64,000 bases of DNA from Patescibacteria group bacterium (GTDB taxonomy: Bacteria; Patescibacteriota; Minisyncoccia; Phycocordibacterales; JACOZG01): assembly GCA_034658935.1 (NCBI GenBank), contig JAYEGE010000001.1, forward strand, positions 46,295 through 110,294. The letters are read 5' to 3'. Both the position numbers and the translations under genes were made by a program. The notes below the pieces were generated by a model that worked only from the letters and a program-made list of their open reading frames with translations, ran no database searches and was not told where the DNA came from. Positions 38,201 through 46,189 of the stretch are shown here, one piece after another. Positions within the stretch are counted from its first letter, which is position 1, and every line of letters starts with the position of its first letter.

Positions 38201-39320
38201 AGAGTACTTCTGGAAACAAGTGGGCGAGGGGGAATAAATTAGTGGCGTAGGGATGATAGGCACCACGGTTATCACGAATCTCTAAGACAGTGATCAAGCG
38301 CCCACCTCTAAGCAGGCCCTGCAAATCGGAGAGGTCACCTATATCTATAACGTAATCGTAGGCGGGAGCCTCATTGGCCGGATCAGGGACAGGAATCGTC
38401 ACTTGATGCAAAGGGGGGCCAGCAATGCCCCTTCGCAGAGATAAACGATAATTACTAACCTGACCAGAGTTTAGGGGATTGGAATAAAACCTAAATGAAA
38501 ACTGATTGCCTGAAACCAATTGCAGAGTGGGAAAATTTGGAGTCCCAGCCAAATCCCCGCTACTTACCGACCGGAAACCCCAGAAAGCCATGTTGTGCGG
38601 TACCGTTAAGTCAGAGCGGCTACGGACCTCTGCCGACCAACCATATCCACCGCTAACGTCAGGAGTAACGTGGAAATCGTTGGACTGCCGCCAACCAGAA
38701 TCAATAACGCTCTGGTCAGGTTTAGTCCAAGTAAAGCGATAATCAAGTGGCCTACCAAAATTAGAAGAACTAAGAGCGCCAAAACTTAGCGGTAGACCAA
38801 CGACCCCACCCTGAGGGCCACTCAAGGCGGGAGCGGAAAGGACTTCTGTAGCACCGCTCTCGCCGACGGCCACAGCAAAGAAGCGCTGGTGACTATTGCC
38901 ACTCCCATCTCGCACAATAATTTCCACCCGAGCATTAAGGCCAGCATCTTCCCCGTCAGGAGTCCAAGACAGAGTGGCCGATGGAGAACTACCATTTTGC
39001 CTAAACGTCGCTCCCCGAGCGGTTAGGTTGGGCGTGGAAACGAAACTGAAGGAGAGCGCTCCCCCCTCGGCATCAGAGGCCGAAAACTCTATCTGCCCGG
39101 CTCGCCCAGGAACTAAATTCCAATCGGGAATAGGGGCAAGATAGGGTGGAACATTGACGAAACGAGGGAAAACATTAGATGGAGAAATCGGAGAAATAAC
39201 CTCGCCAAGATCGCCCACCGGACCAGTATCTCGTAGATCAATCTGGGACCAAGCCAGATTGGCGGCGAATAGGAACACCGCCAACCCCAATAGACAAATG
39301 ATTATTTTATTTTTTTTCAC
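35220..39320 (-). CDS. Giant secreted/surface protein (1366 aa) with NHL-repeat beta-propeller and C-terminal hydrophobic anchor
   Basis: Signal peptide [26 protein letters not shown]. NHL-like repeats ([67 protein letters not shown]). The C-terminus [13 protein letters not shown] is hydrophobic. Confidence 0.65.
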   Translation of the reverse strand: [1366 protein letters not shown]

Positions 39321-39340
39321 ATTAAATAACTAACCTCTTT

Positions 39341-39820
39341 TTAAAACTCGTGTTCGATAGGAGCTTGGCTATCAATTTTTTCGATCCGGCGAAGATGTCT
39401 CTCTTCGCCAGGGAAATCAACTGCCAGCCAAGTTTGGATAACCTCTAAGGCTTCGGCCAAGTCTACAAAGTGGGCGCCGATAGAAAGAACGTTGGCATTA
39501 TTATGTGTCCGGGATAAGACTAAAGGTTGCCTGTCGCCACCAGCATAGACTATCGCTCGGACTCCAGAGAAACGATTGGCAACAATCGCCTCCCCCTGAC
39601 CAGAACCACCAAAGATAATCGCCTTACTATCATCAGGAGCGCTGGAAACTTGCTTACCGACAATTTTAATAAAGTCGGGATAATCATCCTGCTCGTCATA
39701 CTCAAAAGCCCCCTCGTCGTACACCTGATAACCGAGTTCCTTGAACCATTTTTTCACTCCCTCCTTCAATTCAAACCCGGCATGATCTGCCGCAAGATAT
39801 ATTTTCATGTCGAAACCCAT
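39341..39820 (-). CDS. rpiB: Ribose-5-phosphate isomerase B (RpiB/LacAB family)
   Basis: 159 aa. MKIYLAADHAGFELK, GGSGQGEAIVANR, and C-terminal SRTHNNANVLSIG. Confidence 0.85.
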   Translation of the reverse strand: MGFDMKIYLAADHAGFELKEGVKKWFKELGYQVYDEGAFEYDEQDDYPDFIKIVGKQVSSAPDDSKAIIFGGSGQGEAIVANRFSGVRAIVYAGGDRQPLVLSRTHNNANVLSIGAHFVDLAEALEVIQTWLAVDFPGEERHLRRIEKIDSQAPIEHEF

Positions 39821-39835
39821 TATACACCAAGCGGG

Positions 39836-40288
39836 CTACTGATCTGGTATATAAAACACCTTCTTAAGATAATTTTCAATCACCATAAAACTTGGGAAAT
39901 ACCGGGGTTGGGGTAAGTTATCAAGATCAAACCACTGCCACTCGGTCATTTCATCGGGCTCCATTACCTTTGGTTCGCCCCGATAATCCTTGGCCAGTAA
40001 TCCAACTGTTACAAAATGGGCGTGTTCATTTTTACAATTATGAATTGAGATCACTGCTGGATCACTGATATCAAGATCAGTTTCCTCTTTCACTTCCCGG
40101 ATTGCTCCGTCTTCAAAACTTTCTCCCCAATCAAGTTTGCCGCCAGGCAGTGACCACTCGCCCGCACTCCTAAATGCCGAGTCAGCTTTGTCTGGATCGG
40201 GGTGCCTCTTGCCAAGCAAAACTTGGGTATTTTTGTTTAAGATAATGACCCCGAATCCCGCGCCAATTCTCTTTTTTTCTTCAGCCAT
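39836..40288 (-). CDS. NUDIX hydrolase
   Basis: 150 aa. Nudix box GGKLDWGESFEDGAIREVKEETDL. Confidence 0.8.
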   Translation of the reverse strand: MAEEKKRIGAGFGVIILNKNTQVLLGKRHPDPDKADSAFRSAGEWSLPGGKLDWGESFEDGAIREVKEETDLDISDPAVISIHNCKNEHAHFVTVGLLAKDYRGEPKVMEPDEMTEWQWFDLDNLPQPRYFPSFMVIENYLKKVFYIPDQ

Positions 40289-40292
40289 GGTT

Positions 40293-41312
40293 TTACGAAC
40301 CTGCCTTGATCACATGTTTGAGGAGGGAGTGGGTATAGCCTATTTCGTTATCATACCAGGCGAGAATTTTAACTAGATTGCCGCCGACCACCCTAGTAAA
40401 TCCGAGATCAGCGATGGAGGCATAGGGGCTACTCATAATATCAGTAGAAACTAGCGGTTCTTCGGTAATAGTAAAGAGGCCCTCCCAGCGAGGATCCTTG
40501 GCCGCCTTCTTTAAAATATCATTCACTTCTGAAACAGAGGTGTCCTTCTTAGACACAAAAGTCAGGTCGGCTATCGAGCCAGTGATCACTGGTACTCGAG
40601 TGGCGATACCGTCAAAGAGACCTGCTAGGCCAGGCAGGGCCTTGGTCACAGCAATTGCCGCTCCAGTAGTAGAAGGAATAATGTTCTGAGCGGCCGCCCT
40701 CCCCCGCCGATAATCTTTAGCATCAGGACCGTCAACTAGTTTTTGACTGGCTGTATAACCGTGCACAGTATTAAGAAGGGCCTTAGTTACCCCAATCGAA
40801 TCCATCATAATCTGCATTACTGGACTAACTGAATTGGTAGTACAGGAAGCGTTGGAACTAATCTGGCAGATGCCTAATTTATCATCATTAATCCCCATTA
40901 AGACAGTCGCCCCGTTGATGCCGGGCACAGGCTCATCTTTGAGTGGCGCCGAGACAACTACCTTATGGGCGCCAGCATCAAGATGGGACTTAGATCTAGC
41001 GTAAGTGTTGAAGACGCCGGTCGACTCCAGCACCACATCAATCCCCAATTCTCCCCAAGGCAAGCGAGACGGCTCCCCTTCTTGCAGGAAGCGCACTCGC
41101 TTGCCATTGATTACTAAGTGTCCATTTTCAGTTTTAATATCCAGGCCCGAAGGGCCATAGGCACTATCGTATTTCAGTAAATATGCAAAATTATCTAGCT
41201 CCCCCAAATCATTCACTGCCAAGACCTCTACGTCTGGGCTCTCGATAGCTAGTTTCAAGAACGCTCGACCAATGCGCCCCAGACCGTTTACTGCAACCTT
41301 AACTTTTTTCAT
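40293..41312 (-). CDS. gap: Glyceraldehyde-3-phosphate dehydrogenase
   Basis: 339 aa. NGLGRIGR, active site SNASCTTNS, and C-terminal WYDNE. Confidence 0.9.
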   Translation of the reverse strand: MKKVKVAVNGLGRIGRAFLKLAIESPDVEVLAVNDLGELDNFAYLLKYDSAYGPSGLDIKTENGHLVINGKRVRFLQEGEPSRLPWGELGIDVVLESTGVFNTYARSKSHLDAGAHKVVVSAPLKDEPVPGINGATVLMGINDDKLGICQISSNASCTTNSVSPVMQIMMDSIGVTKALLNTVHGYTASQKLVDGPDAKDYRRGRAAAQNIIPSTTGAAIAVTKALPGLAGLFDGIATRVPVITGSIADLTFVSKKDTSVSEVNDILKKAAKDPRWEGLFTITEEPLVSTDIMSSPYASIADLGFTRVVGGNLVKILAWYDNEIGYTHSLLKHVIKAGS

Positions 41313-41334
41313 CTATATTATAAGAGCTAGAATA

Positions 41335-41859
41335 TTAAACTTTCTCATCTCTAAGTTGACTGGTAACAGAGAAGCGTGTGCTAATAGGTTGACCGAGGCT
41401 ATCGAGCCAAAGGGTATCAGCATCTTGATCAAAACGTTCATCGCCATTATTGCGATAGAGAGCGGCGTGGTAATATTGCCCAGCTACAGTAGTGGCATTG
41501 AGATCAACCGCGCCGGTACTAACCCGATCATCAAAAAAACCAACGCCCAAGATGCGACCTGGCCGACCCTCATCATCAGTGCGAATCGCCACCCAAGCAC
41601 CACCTGGTACCACCACGGAAGTGACATAAACTACCGAACCTGGTAATTGTTCAGCGACCACCAAAGTAGGGCTGGGAATACCGGTAGAGAGATTTTGTCT
41701 GGCGTCTAAGGGCGATACCGTTGCTAAATTATCAAAGTTGGAAGGCTCTCGTTCACGAACCACCAGCCAAACCGCCGCAATAATAATTACCGCCAAAAGA
41801 AAAACCACCCACCAAAGGACAAATTTCGATTTCGGTTGTGGTGGGTGATTATTCTCCAT
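41335..41859 (-). CDS. Hypothetical membrane-anchored protein (174 aa)
   Basis: N-terminal TM helix followed by a beta-rich extracytoplasmic domain. No family assigned. Confidence 0.45.
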   Translation of the reverse strand: MENNHPPQPKSKFVLWWVVFLLAVIIIAAVWLVVREREPSNFDNLATVSPLDARQNLSTGIPSPTLVVAEQLPGSVVYVTSVVVPGGAWVAIRTDDEGRPGRILGVGFFDDRVSTGAVDLNATTVAGQYYHAALYRNNGDERFDQDADTLWLDSLGQPISTRFSVTSQLRDEKV

Positions 41860-41935
41860 AGGCTTATTGGCTAACGTTCCCCCTCATTGTAGCACCGGGA
41901 GGTAGCGACCAACAAGCGATTGTCAACAGTCAAGA

Positions 41936-42952
41936 CTAGGGCAACTGAAGAGCGGCCGCCGCATTACCATCCACGCTGATGATAACGGACTGGACGGTGG
42001 AAAATTGCTTCAAGGTCTCTGTAATCTGGGCACGGATCGATGCCGTCCGACAGACATCAGTGGCGCCATTATTTAGACCGGCGCTGAAATCAGCCCGGGC
42101 TACCCCATTATTGATCGTCAAGGAACTCAGTCCTACTCCCGCAGGCAAAGTGGTCACCAGGCCCGCGCTGATTTCTGTCGAATTAGGACCGGCTAATAGC
42201 TCTTTGAGAGCAGCTGTTCCCACCCTAACTGTCTGAGGCACCTCTCGCTCGCTGCTAACGACTTGCGAACAATTGACTCCTACGTCACTAGCTCGAGCAA
42301 GATAGGTCTTTAGTTTGATCATCCCGGGAGCTGGTGGAGTCGATAGACTCGTATCAATTGAGGCGTCTCCATCTACTACCCCTCCCGTATTATCTGTTAC
42401 CTCAGTGACTACCACCGAGGAAGCATCAGCGTCTACGTCACTCTCACCCGAAGTGTCCTCGTCTAAAATAATTGACTCGCTGTCTATCATGAAATCAACG
42501 TTGCCGAAACGAACTGGCAATTTAACAAACAGTTGATCTTCTCCTCTTTCCGGATTAGCAGGTTCAAAAATCAAATGGCCTGTGCCCGCTTCTGTCTCAC
42601 CAAAAAGCATAATGGTATCAAAAGGCACCATGGCTTCAGGGCCCATTTCATTGTCAGCTCCAAGGCTAGCGAGAACCAACGTCTCGCCAAGTACCTCGCC
42701 CTCCCCGTCGATAAGAGTTAAAGCAAATTGTCCCTCAAAGAACCAACTGCCTAGAGCCTGGCCCTCAACTGTCAGAGGACTCTCGATTACATCATCGGCT
42801 AGAGGTTGGCTAACGACCAACTCTGTAGTCTCATCTATACTGATCGCCTGATCGGCAAAATTATCGTTACCACCCAAGGAGCGTAGGCCCCAAATTGCTA
42901 GGATTATTACTACGACAGCAATAATCCATTTCCACACACTTGATTGATTCAT
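41936..42952 (-). CDS. GerM-like protein (Gmad2 + GerMN domains), membrane-anchored
   Basis: 338 aa. N-terminal TM. The C-terminal GerMN pattern is (IKLKTYLARASDVG...ALKELLAGPNSTEISAGLVTTLPAGVGLSSLTINNGVARADFSAGL...TLKQFSTVQSVIISVDG). A Gmad2-like domain is at ESPLTVEGQALGSWFFEGQFALTL. Confidence 0.6.
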   Translation of the reverse strand: MNQSSVWKWIIAVVVIILAIWGLRSLGGNDNFADQAISIDETTELVVSQPLADDVIESPLTVEGQALGSWFFEGQFALTLIDGEGEVLGETLVLASLGADNEMGPEAMVPFDTIMLFGETEAGTGHLIFEPANPERGEDQLFVKLPVRFGNVDFMIDSESIILDEDTSGESDVDADASSVVVTEVTDNTGGVVDGDASIDTSLSTPPAPGMIKLKTYLARASDVGVNCSQVVSSEREVPQTVRVGTAALKELLAGPNSTEISAGLVTTLPAGVGLSSLTINNGVARADFSAGLNNGATDVCRTASIRAQITETLKQFSTVQSVIISVDGNAAAALQLP

Positions 42953-43125
42953 ATTGTTCTGTTATCACCTTTTCTTAATAAAAGTCAAACCGAGGTTCCA
43001 GTCTGCCACCTATTTTAACATAAGTGGGTAAATAGTGGCCAGGAGTTACGAAATGTAGAATTTTTTCTGCTTATAATGCCCGAACGCCTTAGCGCTCGGA
43101 GGGAAAATCAAAGCCAGTAAATCAT

Positions 43126-44205
43126 CTAAACCAAGCCCGACACGATCACCGCGCCCAAGCCTAACATCACCACCCCGGCAAAGAGATGGAGTCTTCTTAT
43201 ATTTCTGTCCTTCCACTCAGTCGCATTTTGCACGGTTGCAAAACCTCCATACAACAAAAATGTTATCAGAAGTAGCGGCAATATGAAGAATAGATTATAG
43301 AGCAGAAGTGTCGGAATCGCCGCCATCCTTGTCATTTTTTCGGCCAGAAGACCAAGAATTACGATATAAGGTCCGCCCGTGCACGGCAGTTCAAACAAAG
43401 TAACCAAGAAACCGACAAAGAAAGCGCCTAAGGGGCTAGTTGTCTTATTCAGAATACTTTTTAATTTGGGACGCCATCTTTGAGGTATCTCCATTGCAAA
43501 ACCGCCACCGCCATACCAGAAATAATCTTTAAGATTAAGCAACCCAATAACGATCGCAGCCGCACCTACGATCTTATAAAACCAGAATGACAGTCCGGAT
43601 ATTCTTAGCGCTGAAAATAAACCCAATCCGAAAAGAAAGTAGGCGATATAAATAGAGAGGGTAAAAGCTAGCCCCGCTCGTACAGCCCTCTTCTTATCCC
43701 CCGCCGCCAATAGAGCAGAAAACAGGATTAACAACACGGCGATCGCGCATGGGTTAACCGAATCGACAACGGCCGCTCCAATAACAGTCAGGAGTGGCAG
43801 AGCCTTTATTGAGGTCGTCTCACCGGCAGAAACAATTGGGCACTCCGCCCCCCTATTATTAATCAGAGACAACTCCAACTCATTACCGATGGGTGTGTCC
43901 CCTAAGATATACTCCTCTCCAATAAAAAGTGCCGGCACCCCCCTATCTTCTGGTGGAATCCCATATTTATCAAAGAGATTATTGAACAACGCAGCATTAC
44001 TTCTGTTGAAATAAATCTCGAATCTTTGAATATCAATGTCACTATGATCGGCCTCGAAACTATCCAAAAAGGTTTTGGCAGCGGCACAATGAGGACAACC
44101 TGTACCATAAAAAAAATAGGCGCAGGTTTGTTCCTGGGCACCGACAACTGAGACAGCCGAGACAAAAAACAATAAGATTAATATACCAGCGAAAAGATAT
44201 TTCAT
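43126..44205 (-). CDS. Thioredoxin-fold domain fused to DsbD/CcdA-type transmembrane thiol-disulfide transporter
   Basis: 359 aa. Signal peptide, CxxC (GCPHC), then polytopic domain with SVNPCA and ELPCTGGPY motifs of the DsbD/CcdA family. Confidence 0.7.
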   Translation of the reverse strand: MKYLFAGILILLFFVSAVSVVGAQEQTCAYFFYGTGCPHCAAAKTFLDSFEADHSDIDIQRFEIYFNRSNAALFNNLFDKYGIPPEDRGVPALFIGEEYILGDTPIGNELELSLINNRGAECPIVSAGETTSIKALPLLTVIGAAVVDSVNPCAIAVLLILFSALLAAGDKKRAVRAGLAFTLSIYIAYFLFGLGLFSALRISGLSFWFYKIVGAAAIVIGLLNLKDYFWYGGGGFAMEIPQRWRPKLKSILNKTTSPLGAFFVGFLVTLFELPCTGGPYIVILGLLAEKMTRMAAIPTLLLYNLFFILPLLLITFLLYGGFATVQNATEWKDRNIRRLHLFAGVVMLGLGAVIVSGLV

Positions 44206-44206
44206 G

Positions 44207-44482
44207 CTATTTAATTATTTTGATAGCCTTGCCCTCTATAAGCGCCTGAGCAATCTTATGCCGAGCCTGGCTGAGTATTCTATTTAGAGTGCTTTGTGAG
44301 ATACTCATTTCATTGGCGGCCTCAGTTTGATCAAGATTTTTGTAATCACAAAGCCTAATCGCTTCTAACTCGTCGGAGTCTAAGTCCACTTCCTCTAATT
44401 CAAACAGAGGGACCGCCCGCGGTTTGAAATATACCGCTTTGGGATCTAAGTTAATTCTACGAAATTTTCTAGGTCGCACCAT
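44207..44482 (-). CDS. DUF134/UPF0251-family predicted DNA-binding protein
   Basis: 91 aa. KPRAVPLFELEEVDLDSDELEAIRLCDYKNLDQTEAANEMSISQSTLNRIL matches the DUF134 sigma-70 region-4-like HTH. Confidence 0.65.
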   Translation of the reverse strand: MVRPRKFRRINLDPKAVYFKPRAVPLFELEEVDLDSDELEAIRLCDYKNLDQTEAANEMSISQSTLNRILSQARHKIAQALIEGKAIKIIK

Positions 44483-44603
44483 AAGTTATTACTTTCTAAT
44501 ATTATAACAAGTTGCTCTTCCGGTAAATATCTTGTTCTAAAATCTGAAAAAGAAAGACCAGCCCGACTCTCCTTATAAGGAAAGCCGGGCGTCTGATCTC
44601 ATC

Positions 44604-44852
44604 TTATTTCTGGCCCTCGACTTCAGCGAGTCGTTCCTTGACCGCCTGCAGTTCGTTTTCTAACAACTTAGTCTCGTCTTTCAGCATCTCCGACTCTTCC
44701 TTCCTGGTTAAAAAACCCCTAGCGCCACAACCACGGCGGAATCCTAATCCACACCCGTATCCGCTAACACCTACTCCCGCCCCGCAATAACCAGCGCTTC
44801 TGCCAGTACGAGGACCTTGACCCATGGGGCCAGTACCGTCAAATCTAGGCAT
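44604..44852 (-). CDS. DUF5320-family protein
   Basis: 82 aa. N-terminal MPRFDGTGPMGQGPRTGRSAGYC (hallmark of DUF5320), a Gly/Cys-rich centre, and a C-terminal coiled coil. A frequent neighbour of DUF134 genes. Confidence 0.6.
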   Translation of the reverse strand: MPRFDGTGPMGQGPRTGRSAGYCGAGVGVSGYGCGLGFRRGCGARGFLTRKEESEMLKDETKLLENELQAVKERLAEVEGQK

Positions 44853-44939
44853 ATTATTATAGATTTAATATTTCCAATAATCAGGTAAATCGACCATGCT
44901 CATTACCTGTTATGAGTATATACCCATAACTATCCAAAG

Positions 44940-45044
44940 TCAAGCCCCTGTGGAAAAGTCAGTTTTAGGCCTTATCCTAGCCAAACCAATAACCTCGTAT
45001 TCCTTCCCCTTATAATGCTCGTATTTCCCTGTTTGTATTTTCAT
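44940..45044 (-). pseudogene. DUF1653-like N-terminal fragment (34 aa), probably truncated
   Basis: MKIQTGKYEHYKGKEYEVIGLAR matches the DUF1653 start (G.Y.HYKG..Y.V.G.A), but the ORF then ends after 11 unrelated residues. Confidence 0.25.
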
Positions 45045-45139
45045 ATCGTTTTGTATGCCGGCTCCGTCTTTCGAATCTCTCCGCCCCTGCGAACTGATGC
45101 CCCATAAAAACGGTCTCCACCCGTCTTTATGGAGCATTA

Positions 45140-45226
45140 CGGAGGCGGAGAGATTCGAACTCTCGAAGGTGATGAAACCTTACTCGCTTTCCAAGCGAGC
45201 GCACTAGACCACTATGCGACGCCTCC
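45140..45226 (-). tRNA. tRNA-Ser (anticodon GGA), long variable arm
   Basis: Minus-strand read GGAGGCGTCGCATAGTGGTCTAGTGCGCTCGCTTGGAAAGCGAG... Acceptor GGAGGCG/CGCCUCC; anticodon stem CUCGC/GCGAG with loop UU-GGA-AA; long extra arm; T-loop TTCGAAT. Confidence 0.8.
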
Positions 45227-45281
45227 TTGTATTAACTTCTTAAGAACTGCCTTCTTTTTATAACCCTTTTCGCCTCCTTTC

Positions 45282-46175
45282 TCAAGCCCGTCCGCGGAGG
45301 GCTCCTACTCGTTCTGCTACCGGCGGATGGGTCATGAAGAGTTTATGCATCCCTTTCTTGGCTTTAGCGCCGAAGGGGTTAGCGATGAAAAGATGCGCCG
45401 TAGCGTTAGAGGCTTTCTTCAGCCCACCACTATAACCAGAGATTTTTTCCAGAGCTGAGGCCAGCCCTTCTGGATAGCGAGTCAAGAGGGCACCTGAAGC
45501 ATCAGCCAGGAATTCTCTCTTCCGCGAGATAGCCAAACGAATAATAGTAGCGATGATTGGTGAAAGTATGGCCAAAGCAATACCGATTAGAAGAAGTACT
45601 CCCCCGCCCTTATTATCTCGGCTACGACCATGGCCGCCCCAGAACATTGAACGCAAAAAGATGTCGGAAATAATGGCGATAAGTCCAACCAGGACCACCA
45701 CCACCGTAGAAAGTAAAATATCCCGATTACCGATATGGGCTAGCTCGTGAGCAACCACTCCTTCAAGTTCAGAGCGCTCAAGCATATTTAAAAGTCCACT
45801 AGTCACCGCCACCGCCGCGTGCTCCTTGTCGCGCCCAGTAGCGAAAGCATTCGGCGCCGGATCATTAATTAAACAAACTCGCGGCTTAGGCAGCCCAGCA
45901 GTAATGGCCAGATTCTCCACCACTCGATGTAACTCTGGTTGCTCTTGCGCGCTCACTTCTCGCGCCCCCGACATCTTCAAAGCAATCTTGTCTGAATGCC
46001 AATAACTAACAAAATTCATTATTACACTCAAACCAACGGCGAGATAAAGAATAGCTGGATCACCGTAGATCTGGCTGAAGACCCAGCCAATAGCAATCAC
46101 CACCACTAGGAACACCGCCATCAGGAGCCAGGTCTTGCGGCTATTACCGTCTTGGTGAGTATAAAGTGTGGCCAT
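45282..46175 (-). CDS. htpX: Zinc metalloprotease HtpX (M48 family)
   Basis: 297 aa. TM helices and HExxH in VAHELAHIGNRD. Confidence 0.8.
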   Translation of the reverse strand: MATLYTHQDGNSRKTWLLMAVFLVVVIAIGWVFSQIYGDPAILYLAVGLSVIMNFVSYWHSDKIALKMSGAREVSAQEQPELHRVVENLAITAGLPKPRVCLINDPAPNAFATGRDKEHAAVAVTSGLLNMLERSELEGVVAHELAHIGNRDILLSTVVVVLVGLIAIISDIFLRSMFWGGHGRSRDNKGGGVLLLIGIALAILSPIIATIIRLAISRKREFLADASGALLTRYPEGLASALEKISGYSGGLKKASNATAHLFIANPFGAKAKKGMHKLFMTHPPVAERVGALRGRA

Positions 46176-46189
46176 AAAAATTATTGTAC

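Noticed and set aside
35275-38742. Multiple 60-177-aa ORFs on either strand inside the NHL giant gene
   Set aside because: They are overlapped by one continuous 1366-aa ORF that has a signal peptide and repeat domains.
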